From Nitrospirota bacterium (lineage in GTDB: Bacteria > Nitrospirota > UBA9217), in assembly GCA_963749655.1 (NCBI GenBank), contig CAVVOB010000023.1, forward strand, positions 64,001 to 128,000: a DNA stretch of 64,000 bases, read 5' to 3'. Position numbers and translations under genes: made by a program. Under the pieces are notes generated by a model. The model searched no databases, had not been told where the DNA came from, and saw only the letters and a program-made list of their open reading frames with translations. This document shows positions 34,052 to 43,616 of the stretch, piece after piece; within the stretch, counting starts at the first letter, position 1, and every line of letters starts with the position of its first letter.

Positions 34052-34245
34052 ACTGATGGTATCAAAAAAGTCGAAGATCACCCCAAGGACAGTCATTCCC
34101 CGCTCCTTGTGAAAAAGATTGATGCGGGGCGGAGCCGGCCTGCCCCGACTAGTCGGGGCTTGTCCGGAATCGTATTTTATCAGCGCGTTATGCGGCACCA
34201 TGATTCCCGACAAGCGGGAATGACGACTTTTTATGACATCATTAA
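34052..34245. repeat. MITE-like element containing CGTC-type REP palindromes
   Basis: TGATGGTATCAAAAAAGTC...GACTTTTTATGACATCA ends; GTCATTCC...GGAATC and GATTCCCGACAAGCGGGAATGAC. Confidence 0.65.
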
Positions 34246-34271
34246 TACTTGATGACAGAAAGGAAAAAAAT

Positions 34272-35246
34272 ATGAAGACAGATCAGCAAAGAGCCCTGTC
34301 CCGCGCCAAAGGGGCCGTTGTTTTTATTACCGCACTCCTGCTAATTGCGACATTGATATCTGCCTGGAATAATCCGCTCATGGCAGCTTCATCACAAAAA
34401 TTCTTCCCCTCTCCCGAAGAAGCCCTGAAAGGACTCGTCGACGCTGTCAAGGCCCAGGACAAGGCTGCGCTCGATCAGGTCTTCGGGCCCGCGGCAAAAG
34501 ACCTCGGCTCGAAAGACGAGGTGCAGGCAGCTGCCGAGTCCAAGGAATTTGCAAAGCATGTTGCCGAAAAAACCAGCCTCGTGAAAGAGAACGATTCAAA
34601 GGTGATCATCCACCTGGGCAACGAGAACTGGCCGTTCCCTATTCCCCTCGTAAAAGCAGCGGATGGCCAGTGGTTCTTTGACACCGAAGCAGGCAAGGAA
34701 GAGGTCCTGAACCGCAGGATCGGAGAAGACGAGCTCACCGCCATACTCGTCTGCCGCACCTACGTCAAGGCGCAGCGTGACTATGTTCTGAAGGACTGGG
34801 ATGGAGACGGCATCGTCGCCTATGCGCAGAAGCTTCGAAGCGATCCTGAAAAAAAGAACGGTCTCTTCTGGCGCCATGCGCAGGGTGAACCAACGAGCCC
34901 CCTGGGCGAGCTCGTGGCGCAGGCAAGGATGGAAGGCTACAAAAAGGAAAAGTCTTTGTTCAAAGATCAGCCGGTACCCTTTCACGGATATTTTTTCAAG
35001 ATCCTGACAAAGCAGGGAGAGCACGCAGCGGGCTGGAAATACGATTACATCATCAACGGCAATATGGTAGGCGGCTTCGCCCTCGTCGCCTTTCCCTCGG
35101 ACTGGGGAAAGTCAGGGGTGATGACCTTCATCGTTAACCAGCTGGGCAAGGTTTATCAGAAGAACCTGGGACCGGATACGTCGAAGATCACCATGGATAT
35201 GCAGTCGTATGATCCCGATGAGACGTGGACTGCGGTTAAGGAATGA
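34272..35246 (+). CDS. DUF2950 domain protein
   Basis: WPFPIPLVK, RRIGEDEL, PFHGYFFKIL, GGFALVAFP...SGVMTFIVN; usual partner of DUF3300. Confidence 0.92.
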   Translation: MKTDQQRALSRAKGAVVFITALLLIATLISAWNNPLMAASSQKFFPSPEEALKGLVDAVKAQDKAALDQVFGPAAKDLGSKDEVQAAAESKEFAKHVAEKTSLVKENDSKVIIHLGNENWPFPIPLVKAADGQWFFDTEAGKEEVLNRRIGEDELTAILVCRTYVKAQRDYVLKDWDGDGIVAYAQKLRSDPEKKNGLFWRHAQGEPTSPLGELVAQARMEGYKKEKSLFKDQPVPFHGYFFKILTKQGEHAAGWKYDYIINGNMVGGFALVAFPSDWGKSGVMTFIVNQLGKVYQKNLGPDTSKITMDMQSYDPDETWTAVKE

Positions 35247-35326
35247 CAAAGCAACAAATTACCGCGAAGGGGATGTGCAAAAAATGCAGATCACAAACTT
35301 TGGGCCTTGAATTCCGAACTATTCTT

Positions 35327-35603
35327 GTCACCTTTCTTGCTTGCCCAAACAAGGTAACCGAAAGAAGGGCACCCGGCGGAAATTCTTTACGGCAGGCTCG
35401 GTCGTCCTCGGTACATTTCGGAAACTCGCCGATAGAATCATCTTTGTCCGACCGTCCCTCTCCCTCAGGGAGAGGGTCCGGATGAGGGTGGGTATCGGCC
35501 TCAGACACCGCGCACTCCGTGCATCCGCACTCGTAGACACCCCGTGCAGGCAGTCCGAAATGCTTAACCTTCGTCCTCGGTCGCCTGCCTAATTTCCCGC
35601 ATG
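35327..35603 (-). repeat. Palindromic MITE-like element, copy B (inverted, with nested insertions)
   Basis: Reverse-complement match to 32366-32535; CCCTCTCCCTCAGGGAGAGGG repeat inserted in the central loop. Confidence 0.8.
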
Positions 35604-35762
35604 CGGTCCAGCGTCAAAAGCTTCAATCAAAACAAAAATGCTTAATTTTATGACTTTCTTTGCGGCTTTGCGTCTTTGCGCGAGAAATGATTTATTTCTT
35701 GACTGACCAGGGATTTTCAGCATATTGTGCTCTTTGCGTTCCAGCGGTGAAAGAGGGTTTTC

Positions 35763-36641
35763 ATGCCCGAATATGAAGGCATCGTCATACGTCCTCCGAG
35801 CGAGGCCGACAGCCTGATCCTCCAGTACACGATCGGCTGCTCCCACAACCAGTGCATCTTCTGCCCTGCGTATAAGGAGAAGCGTTTCCGCATCCGGAGC
35901 CTCGCCGAGATGCAAAAGGACATCGCGGACTGCCTTCCGGCGTTCGCGGACACGCGCCGGATCTTCCTTGCCGACGGCGACGCGCTCGCAGCGCCTACAA
36001 CCGATCTACTTGCCCTCTTCTCGCTCCTGCGGTCTCCCTTCCCCAAGCTTCATAGAATCGGCATGTATGCGAATGCAAGAAACATTCTGTGGAAATCAGT
36101 CGAGGAACTGAGGAATCTCAAGGAGGCGGGACTCGGCATTCTCTACCTCGGCATCGAGAGCGGTGATGATGAGCTGCTTCGGTGGATAAAGAAGGGCGCG
36201 ACAGCAACGGACATGGCAGAGTCAGGCAGACGCGTCAAAGACGCAGGCATAAAACTCTCGGTCACGGTCCTGCTCGGGATCGGCGGAGTAGAAAGAAGCG
36301 CTGATCATGCCCTGTTGACAGGAAAGCTTCTAACCGCAATCGACCCCGATTACGTGGGCGCGCTCACGACTATGGTGGTGAAGGGAACGCCGCTGTACAA
36401 TCTGGAGCAACAGGGAAAATTCAAACTGCCTTCCGCCTTCGCCATACTTTCGGAACTTGCAGAGATGCTTGAGCACACCACGATGACTCGCGGTCTGTTC
36501 TTCGCGAACCATGCGTCAAATTATCTGCCTGTCCGCGTCCGTATGCCTTCGGATCGCGACAGGACTGTTGATATGATCCGCGCGTTTGTGCGGCAGGGAG
36601 ATGCAGCATCGCTGAAACCGGAAGGGCTGAGGAGATTATAG
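35763..36641 (+). CDS. Radical SAM protein
   Basis: RPPSEA, CSHNQCIFC (CxxxCxxC), FLADGDA, YLGIESG, NHASNY. Confidence 0.92.
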   Translation: MPEYEGIVIRPPSEADSLILQYTIGCSHNQCIFCPAYKEKRFRIRSLAEMQKDIADCLPAFADTRRIFLADGDALAAPTTDLLALFSLLRSPFPKLHRIGMYANARNILWKSVEELRNLKEAGLGILYLGIESGDDELLRWIKKGATATDMAESGRRVKDAGIKLSVTVLLGIGGVERSADHALLTGKLLTAIDPDYVGALTTMVVKGTPLYNLEQQGKFKLPSAFAILSELAEMLEHTTMTRGLFFANHASNYLPVRVRMPSDRDRTVDMIRAFVRQGDAASLKPEGLRRL

Positions 36642-36808
36642 ATTTCGTCTTTTTTCATTACTGTGGGGAGGAGAAAGAAATGGGTTGAGGAGTACTCTTA
36701 CAAAGCTGCGCTATGGTGAGAATGTCAATTTTCAAGTCTGACCCGCTTCGGTCCCTTTCGCTTGACGGTGCCTTTTAATGGGTGACCCTCAACAGCCCCC
36801 ATACCTAG

Positions 36809-37213
36809 TTACTGTGCTATTTTCTTTTGTGCCCTACGGTAAAACAAAAAGAAAAGTCCGGCATCCAATACAGATAAAGCAATAATGAAACCGAACAATT
36901 GAAGGAGTTGAAATCCCTTTTCTATTGCAATGATCATAATAACAAGAGACGCTACTTCCACCACTGTAGTAAGAACAAAAATAAATCCTCCAACCATGGT
37001 CTTAAAATCGGTTAAATACCAAGCTTCATACCAGGTGCCTGCTACTACATAAGCTGAGAAGAGAGGGTAGAAAAAATATATGTAGCTCTGCTCTCTTGCC
37101 AGACGAGGAGACCCTAAAAACATTAGCGCCGTCATCAAAATCCATAGCAAGCCCAAAAGTCTCCATTTCTGTTTTGTTGTTAGTTTTAAAAATTTGCTTT
37201 CATTCTTTTTCAT
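36809..37213 (-). CDS. AT-rich four-TM hypothetical membrane protein
   Basis: Four hydrophobic segments; composition clearly more AT-rich than the flanks. Confidence 0.65.
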   Translation of the reverse strand: MKKNESKFLKLTTKQKWRLLGLLWILMTALMFLGSPRLAREQSYIYFFYPLFSAYVVAGTWYEAWYLTDFKTMVGGFIFVLTTVVEVASLVIMIIAIEKGFQLLQLFGFIIALSVLDAGLFFLFYRRAQKKIAQ

Positions 37214-37280
37214 ACTTATTTTTTACCGTGCTGTGTTACCCCAAAACACTCGATTCAAATAACCTAATTTCAACGAGTTA

Positions 37281-37657
37281 GTAGGTCAGGTAGAGCGCAG
37301 CGAAACCCGACAACTCTCATCTATTCCCTGCTGATAAGAGCCTCGAAAACAATTTAACGCCCGTCGCCCCAATCTGCGTGATAAATCCCCTGCTTGACAT
37401 AGCGATGAAAACTTGAATACGGCCCGGCAACAACACGAAAGTGTCTATGGTAAACGGGTGACGGGACCTGACCTTCCGGAGCGTAACGAAAAAACGCGAC
37501 ATTAGCATCGTAACACAGAAATTTTCTTCGCTTATCCCTTATACCGGTGAAGAAGAATGAAGCTTCTTTTGCAATTGATCGTTTGTATCGCATATAGCTC
37601 GAAATTTGGCCAATCATTGCGATTGCGTCAGGTTTCGCTGCGCTCTACCCGACTTCC
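37281..37657 (-). pseudogene. Internally deleted REP-associated tyrosine transposase (RAYT) flanked by inverted GTAG-type REPs
   Basis: Fragments RHPFTIDTFVLLP and YSSFHRYVKQGIY...WG; REPs GTAGGTCAGGTAGAGCGCAGCGAAACCCGAC (37281) and GTCAGGTTTCGCTGCGCTCTACCCGAC (~37627). Confidence 0.75.
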
Positions 37658-37675
37658 CCGGCTTGTCAATTATGT

Positions 37676-37960
37676 TTATGCGGCTCTTTTGAGACTGATA
37701 CGCATTCCAGCCTTCGTTGCGAGCGAGATAAGCATTTCCAAGCTGAATTTTTCCCACTTACCTCTTATGAGATCAGAGACGCGCGATTGACTGACGCCAA
37801 GAATCTCAGCCGCTTTTGCCTGCGTCAGCCTCTTGCTCTTGATGAACTTCCGTAGATCGGCCATGATCTCAGAACGCATCTGAAAAATTGCAGCTTCCTC
37901 CGGGGGGAAACCGAGATCAAGAAACACGTTGCTGGTAGATTTGATAACAGGTTCTTTCAT
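37676..37960 (-). CDS. XRE-family HTH antitoxin (HigA-like)
   Basis: SNVFLDLGF, LTQAKAAEILGVSQSRVSDL. Confidence 0.9.
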   Translation of the reverse strand: MKEPVIKSTSNVFLDLGFPPEEAAIFQMRSEIMADLRKFIKSKRLTQAKAAEILGVSQSRVSDLIRGKWEKFSLEMLISLATKAGMRISLKRAA

Positions 37961-37964
37961 AATG

Positions 37965-38278
37965 CTACCCTCCGATTTGTTTGAATCGCTTGCGAGCTAA
38001 TTCAATATCGTGTTGATTCGTTTTTTGACTCTTCTTTTGAAATGCATGAAGTACATGCACGGCATCTTCAAATTTAGCTATGTAGATAATGCGCCATTCT
38101 CCCAATACGTGAATGCGGATTTCCTTAACACCGCGTCCTATGGCGGACATAAGCTTCCAATCGGATGGTTCAAGTCCGCGCTGAATGGCATATAGTTCAA
38201 AGCCTGCTGCTTTTCGAGCTTCGTCCGGGAAGTTCCGAAGGTCATCCAAGCTTGAGCCTATGAAGTTTAGCGTTTCAT
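37965..38278 (-). CDS. RelE/Gp49-like toxin (HigB-type gene order), one A missing just after the start codon
   Basis: MK(T)LNFIGSSLDDLRNF...GVKEIRI...VLHAFQKKSQKT; operator palindrome ATTATATAA-N4-TTATATAAT at 38291-38312. Confidence 0.85.
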
Positions 38279-38369
38279 AGCAACAAGAGCATTATATAAG
38301 TTTTTATATAATATGCAAGGGGAATATCGGATTAGGTTTGCGGGGAGGCTTTTAGGGTACGCGCTACGC

Positions 38370-38819
38370 TCAGAGCTCGAACCAGGCAACCAATATGGAG
38401 AATTTCTGATGACTGTCCCAATAGGGAGGGCGGGGTCCGAAAGCTGTGTCGCAGGCTTTGCTGAGATCGGTCCCTTTCGGCAGACCGATTTTGGATGCTA
38501 CGAACGATTGCGGAGTATAGGGAACGAGCGGCAGGTTGCGCTGGCTCGCTAACAGGTTGAGTATGCCGAAGGGAAACTCAGAGGTAAACAACTGCTCTTT
38601 CCGCGGAGACAAAGCGACGCGGTATGCAATCTTATCCGGCTGCAAGCGATTCAGCAGCTCATGAAATTGGCTCTCGTACCAGGCCATCAATTTCGGCACA
38701 TCCGCAGGGTCCGTGGTGAGTAGACGGCCTTTTTCGACGAGAACAGGCGCCTCTTTAGCTCCGTCGAGAAGAGCATATCGAAACTGACCTTTTGCCAGGT
38801 GAATGCCCAGAACTTTCAT
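38370..38819 (-). CDS. Hypothetical protein, possible RuvC/RNase H-like fold
   Basis: MKVLGIHLA...FRYALL start and QPDKIAY strand resemble RuvC-like topology; first catalytic Asp position is His. Confidence 0.55.
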   Translation of the reverse strand: MKVLGIHLAKGQFRYALLDGAKEAPVLVEKGRLLTTDPADVPKLMAWYESQFHELLNRLQPDKIAYRVALSPRKEQLFTSEFPFGILNLLASQRNLPLVPYTPQSFVASKIGLPKGTDLSKACDTAFGPRPPYWDSHQKFSILVAWFEL

Positions 38820-38845
38820 ACGCAGAACTCCTGTGCTGGACTGTT

Positions 38846-39190
38846 TTAATAGCCAAGCGGCTCCCACGACCTGAACATGTTGACCTCTTCTCCCGGATTC
38901 GGTAAGCCGGCTATCTTCCAGGCCTTGACCGGGTCCATGAACTTGTCCGTAACGCAGTTCTTCGGCTGGTGCACGTTCTTGCACACATACCGCACGATGG
39001 GGAAAAATTTGTGCTTCTGGTAATAGGTCCTCAGAAACTTCAGGATGTCGATCTGGTCCTCTAACAGGTAAGGGATGCCCTCCTTTTCAGCAAGGAGGCG
39101 CGCGATCGATTCATCCCAGTCTTCAAAGCTTACCAGGAACCCGTCTCCGTCGATAATTATTGTCTTTCCTTCATGCTCGAATATCGGCAT
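38846..39190 (-). CDS. TusE/DsrC/DsvC-family protein lacking the C-terminal cysteines
   Basis: IDGDGFLVSFEDWDE...KIAGLPNP; C-terminus ends GEEVNMFRSWEPLGY. Confidence 0.88.
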   Translation of the reverse strand: MPIFEHEGKTIIIDGDGFLVSFEDWDESIARLLAEKEGIPYLLEDQIDILKFLRTYYQKHKFFPIVRYVCKNVHQPKNCVTDKFMDPVKAWKIAGLPNPGEEVNMFRSWEPLGY

Positions 39191-39227
39191 AGGTTCCTTC
39201 TTTTTTAACAACGGGACATGCCGAAGC

Positions 39228-39842
39228 TCATTTCGGTTTATTGTCCCCGTTAAACAACTGCGGGTAGAGCTTATGGGCGCAATCCGGGCAGATGCCGTGG
39301 GAAAATTCCGTACCCGAATGGGCGCTGATATATACTTCCACCTGAGTCCAGTAGCCCTTGTCATCGCGGATCTTCTTGCAGTTTGCGCAGATGGGAAGGA
39401 TCCCTCTCAATTGTTTTATTTCCTTCATGGACCGCTCGAGCTGGCTCAGCAATTTTGTGCGCTCGATGGCATAGCGGATCGCGCGTCCCAGCGCCGGGCC
39501 GGTGACCAGACCTTTGACCAGATAGTCCTGCGCGCCTTTGTGGACCGCTTCGACGGCAAGATCGTCGTCGTCGTGACCGGTCAGTACGATGATCGGGATG
39601 CCGGATGCCTGCGCATATACCGTTTCAAAGGTCTTGATGCCGACGGGACCGTCGGGGAGAGAGAGGTCCAGCAGAATGACGTCAAAAAGAACGCGCTTCA
39701 GGCTTTCCAGGCCACCGGCGAGCGTATCGAAATGGATCACATTGTACCTGATCTTTTTCGAAGCGTTCAGATATCTTGCGATCAGCGTCGCGTCGTCGGC
39801 GTTGTCTTCGATCAACAGCGTATTTATGCTTTTCGTGTCCAT
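39228..39842 (-). CDS. Response regulator with C-terminal Cys/His module
   Basis: LIEDN, LLDLSLPD, QDYLVK; tail LRGILPICANCKKIRD...FSHGICPDC. Confidence 0.9.
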   Translation of the reverse strand: MDTKSINTLLIEDNADDATLIARYLNASKKIRYNVIHFDTLAGGLESLKRVLFDVILLDLSLPDGPVGIKTFETVYAQASGIPIIVLTGHDDDDLAVEAVHKGAQDYLVKGLVTGPALGRAIRYAIERTKLLSQLERSMKEIKQLRGILPICANCKKIRDDKGYWTQVEVYISAHSGTEFSHGICPDCAHKLYPQLFNGDNKPK

Positions 39843-40046
39843 GCGTTTAACTCTTCGCGCGGCATTGGGAACCCTGGGACCGGCGAAACCAGTGCTGGTC
39901 AGCCTTGACGTGTTGACCAGAGACTCACAGGGAACGTCGTTTTTATCTATAACTATCTTAACATATTCTCTGAGGTCAACCGTAGTTATGAGCGCTGATT
40001 TTTGAGAAGGAACAACAAAGGCCCGGGAAATTCCCGGGCCTGCTTG

Positions 40047-40185
40047 TTTGATGGTTTCGTAATAAGTCGTCATTCCCGCCTGTCGGGAATCGTTGTGCTT
40101 TACAACAAGTAGAAAAGAAACGACTCCGGACAAGCCGGAGTGACATCAAAAAAAGGCTTATCGCCTTTTTACGAGGCTATCTTAT
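40047..40185. repeat. MITE-like element with inverted CGTC-type REP pair
   Basis: CGTCATTCCCGCCTGTCGGGAATC ... GACTCCGGACAAGCCGGAGTGAC; ends related to 34052-34245. Confidence 0.7.
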
Positions 40186-40211
40186 TTAAGACATGTTCAC
40201 TACTCTGCTTT

Positions 40212-40745
40212 TTACCACCTGCCGTCTACTGTCTCTCCGTTCGGCTTCGAGATCGGGTGCGGAGCAGCTTCCCGGTAATTGGAGATGCTTACTGATTCGA
40301 GAAAGCGCTGCATTGCTTCGGGATCCAGGTCCCCTGCCGGGACCATGACGTCGGGATGGCTGGCGGTAAGGATCGTCTGGACGAGGTTCCGTGCGCTGAA
40401 ATCGAGTATCTCCTGGACAGCCTCGGGAGATGCATCCTCGATCACAAGGTCATGTTCCTGGTACCAGCCATGCTCGTGCCCGTCTGTTGAGCCGGAGACA
40501 TCGGCGTTCTTCGTCACGATGCCCCGCTTGAGGGCAAAAAAGGAAACATCGGCCCGAAGCTGCTGCAGGCCTTTGAATGCGGCGTTTGAGCAGATGCCGG
40601 TCCGCCCCCAGATGATGGGGTTGAACCTGGGAAGGCTGAGGCCGCTGCTGAAGATGTAGCTGCCTGGGTGCTGCTCGGACTCACGAATGGCGATGGAGAA
40701 AAAATCGTTCCTGTACTCCTGTGAAGCGATGGCTGTCGTTTGCAT
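40212..40745 (-). CDS. Hypothetical protein
   Basis: AGGAGG RBS; host-like codon usage; His-containing GHEHGWYQEH segment. Confidence 0.7.
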   Translation of the reverse strand: MQTTAIASQEYRNDFFSIAIRESEQHPGSYIFSSGLSLPRFNPIIWGRTGICSNAAFKGLQQLRADVSFFALKRGIVTKNADVSGSTDGHEHGWYQEHDLVIEDASPEAVQEILDFSARNLVQTILTASHPDVMVPAGDLDPEAMQRFLESVSISNYREAAPHPISKPNGETVDGRW

Positions 40746-41019
40746 GGTAAGCTCCCTCCTTGATGACGATTAATATAATACCGTTTTCATCCTGGTTAGA
40801 AACAGTATAACCGAAGTCGGAGCCGACTACAAGTAAAAAAGAATGATTCCAATCTGTATTTCTAATTTGATATCTGTTAATAATGAGGGGCAGAAGCCAG
40901 AATTCAGCGGTCAGCTGGCAGTACAATGCCCGTTAAGGCCTCCGAGTGCCGTAAAAGAGATTGACCCGCGCTGTACATTCAATTAATATATGCATGTCAG
41001 CCACAAAGGGGGTGTTTCT

Positions 41020-41283
41020 GTGATATCAAAGCTTATCTTGCGGTTAAACGACTCGGTCATCAAGCAAGCGAGAAAGACCGCGCAGAACAAGGGCGTCAGC
41101 CTTTCGCGGATGGTCGAGGACTATTTCAAGTCAATCGCAGCCCAGAAAACGCGCGATGTATGGGAATCTCCAGTGCTGTATGAAGTGGCAGGAGTGCTGA
41201 CAGGCAAACAGAACGCTGCAGGGCTTCGGGGCCGATACAGGAATCATGTCACTGAGAAGTACCGCCAGAAGGCCACTCAATGA
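41020..41283 (+). CDS. DUF6364-like RHH antitoxin, orphan
   Basis: SKLILRLNDSVIKQAR...GVSLSRMVEDYF; no PIN toxin follows. Confidence 0.7.
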   Translation: MISKLILRLNDSVIKQARKTAQNKGVSLSRMVEDYFKSIAAQKTRDVWESPVLYEVAGVLTGKQNAAGLRGRYRNHVTEKYRQKATQ

Positions 41284-41333
41284 TGTTGTTGCACCCGTTG
41301 CATAGTGCTTGGGGAGCAGGCTAGTATCCCGTC

Positions 41334-42603
41334 TCAAAAAAACATCGAAGCACTCAACCCGAGTCCGTAGGCTACGCTCGTGAAGGCTTCCCGCTGCTGC
41401 ATCTTCTCCTGACCGAAGCGCCGGACAAAGAGGTCCCTGACGATCGGGATATGGGAAGTGCCGCCGGTGGTAAAGATCACGTCGATGTCGCCGGGCCGGA
41501 GCCCCGCCTTCTGCACCGTATCATCGATGCACGCTGAAATCTTTCCAATATGACCGCTGATGGCTTCCTCGAATTCTTTCCGCCCGACCGCTTCTCTGAT
41601 CTCAAGGCCCTGTTCGCGGAAAAATATCATGGACTTCTCGTAGGAAGACAATTCTATCTTTGCCTTTTCGAGAGCCTGGAAAAGCAGGAAACCGTTGTTG
41701 TCTTCGATCAGGTTCTGGAGGTTCGTGATGGCAGCGGGGTCGTCCGCCGTGATCCTTATGCCCTGGAGGGCCTCCCTGACGCTGTTCGTGCGGAGCTGCG
41801 GGACCAGGTGCCAGTTGATCAGCTTGAAGGTAATGGAGCTCGGCATCTCGAGCGTCTGGCCTGTCATGCTTTTATACCGTACGTCTTTGCCGAAGTATTT
41901 GGCGACCTTCTCCCACATGAGCCGGGAATCGAACGCATCGCCGGCTGATGGCGACGCCGCCCAGGGAGAGCACGTCCTTTGCCCTGTCCGCCTGGCCGGA
42001 CTTGCCTCCCGTCAGCCTGATGACCGTAAAATCCGAGGTGCCTCCGCCGAAATCGCCGATCAGGACGATCTTTTCCTCGTCCTTTGCCAGGCTGTTCTCG
42101 AACGTCAGGGCGGCCGCGACAGGCTCCAGCTGGAAAGCCACATGCTTGAACCCGGCGATCTCGGCCGCCCGCTTGAGCCGCCCCTCGGCAAGGATGTCCT
42201 TGTTCCGGTCCTCGGAAAAAACCACCGGCCTTCCCATGACCACATCAGTCACTTCGTGCCCTACAAACTCCTCTCCCCGCTTTTTGACGGTCAAAAGGAC
42301 CAGCGCGATCAGATCTTCCAGCTCGTACCGCTTCCCGTTGACGTAGGTATATTCGAAGGCCGCGCTTGGCAGAAAGGATTTGATCGACTGCATGAACCTT
42401 CCGTGGCCGCGCTGCTCTATATATTGCACGATCGCTTCCTGGCCCAGGTAGACGCCCTGCTCCTGGTCCATGAAGATCACGGACCGCATCGTCTTTTCCG
42501 TGGGATTGTGCGGATCGATATCGATCACTTCCGTGCGGCCCTGCGCATTTACGGCAAGCGCCGAATTCGTGGTTCCAAAATCCAGTCCGAAAACAGTCTG
42601 CAT
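41334..42603 (-). CDS. Hsp70-family protein (YegD-like), frameshift near 41945
   Basis: GLDFGTTNS, SIKSFLP, GRPVVF, EPVAAA, DFGGGTSDF; TGGTS and FTSVAYGL in a second frame. Confidence 0.9.
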
Positions 42604-42718
42604 GTGGTCATCCTTGTGATGTCGTATGGGGAGCCGAAGTCACAAAATACTTGTTTCAAAAACTGCTGTCCAATCAAAAAATAGGCCCCCTCACGGGGTC
42701 CCCTTGATCGAGAAACAC

Positions 42719-42750
42719 AAAAGCCGGCTGGATAAATCCCGCCGGCTTTA
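42719..42750 (-). terminator. Intrinsic terminator downstream of the candidate RNA
   Basis: Minus strand AAAGCCGGCGGGATTTATCCAGCCGGCTTTT. Confidence 0.8.
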
Positions 42751-42758
42751 AATCAAAA

Positions 42759-42988
42759 GGCGTTGCTTCTCGCGATCCAGACCGTTTCGTTGATTCTCGG
42801 GCATTGCCGATGGTTGCCGGTGCTCACGCTTCCGTGCTTTCGCAATTCCTGAAACGGCTCACTTCCATCGTTGTCCGACGCTCTTCGGAGCTATCAGCTT
42901 GCCGGCCGATCTTTCAGGTTGGCAATTCAAGCTCTCAACGAAATGCAGAATACGCGTAACACACTCTTCCGTGTGCTGTAGCAACGCC
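42759..42988 (-). ncRNA. Candidate ~230-nt structured non-coding RNA, family not recognised
   Basis: 9-bp closing helix GGCGTTGCT/AGCAACGCC; nested helices; GNRA loops; TATACT 7 nt upstream; terminator immediately downstream; no ORF called. Confidence 0.7.
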
Positions 42989-43136
42989 TACTCATAGTAT
43001 ACCTCAGTATCGTCAAAAGTGGAGCCCTCAATTCCATCCGACGACATTAGTCTTACACTATAGTTTTTTGCTTCTTCGACGCTTCCTCGTCGATCGAGAT
43101 GAACGCGCTTTTTGATCCCCGGAATCCCGGCTCCTT

Positions 43137-43544
43137 TCAATCCGATGAAGAGACGAGGACAGCCGCCTTTTCAGGGGGCTCCTCCAAGGCGACAGCCGAT
43201 CGCTGACCGCTCACTGCTGCACCTTCATACCCGCCGGCCGATGCCTTTTTCATGCTGAGTACAGCCGCAATCATCCCGAAGATCATGGCAAATAAAAAGA
43301 TGATGCCTCCGCAGACCCGCATGGCAATGGCGACACTCGACCGGACCTTTTCCAGTATCAAAGACGCCGCTCTTTTACCGGAGGTAGTTTGGTCTGAGCT
43401 GAAGGCTGACTGCTGATCGCTGACTGCTGCCTTTTCAACCCCATTCATAGTCTGCGTCCCCCTTACTATTACCAAAGTATCGCCATGTTTAATGGTAAGT
43501 GTGGAGCAATCGCCACATGAGTCATTATCGCCACAAAGCAGCAT
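43137..43544 (-). CDS. Hypothetical single-TM protein containing heptamer-repeat-derived peptides (start uncertain)
   Basis: One hydrophobic helix; AVSDQQSAFS and AVSGQRSAV are encoded by TCAGCNG-type heptamers. Confidence 0.45.
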   Translation of the reverse strand: MLLCGDNDSCGDCSTLTIKHGDTLVIVRGTQTMNGVEKAAVSDQQSAFSSDQTTSGKRAASLILEKVRSSVAIAMRVCGGIIFLFAMIFGMIAAVLSMKKASAGGYEGAAVSGQRSAVALEEPPEKAAVLVSSSD

Positions 43545-43616
43545 TTGCCAGAACGCTGAAAAAACCGCACTATCGCTATCATAGCGTAGTTCACAGGCGA
43601 TCTACCCTAATAAGGT

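Noticed and set aside
39843-40133. N-terminal extension of the response regulator in the ORF track
   Set aside because: Runs through a terminator and REP palindromes; the REC domain starts at 39842.
42759-42988. Assignment of the RNA candidate as 6S, SRP RNA, RNase P or tmRNA
   Set aside because: Lacks the SRP helix-8 motif, the RNase P GAGGAAAGUCC motif and tRNA-like ends; multibranched rather than a 6S-like rod. An Rfam scan is still required.
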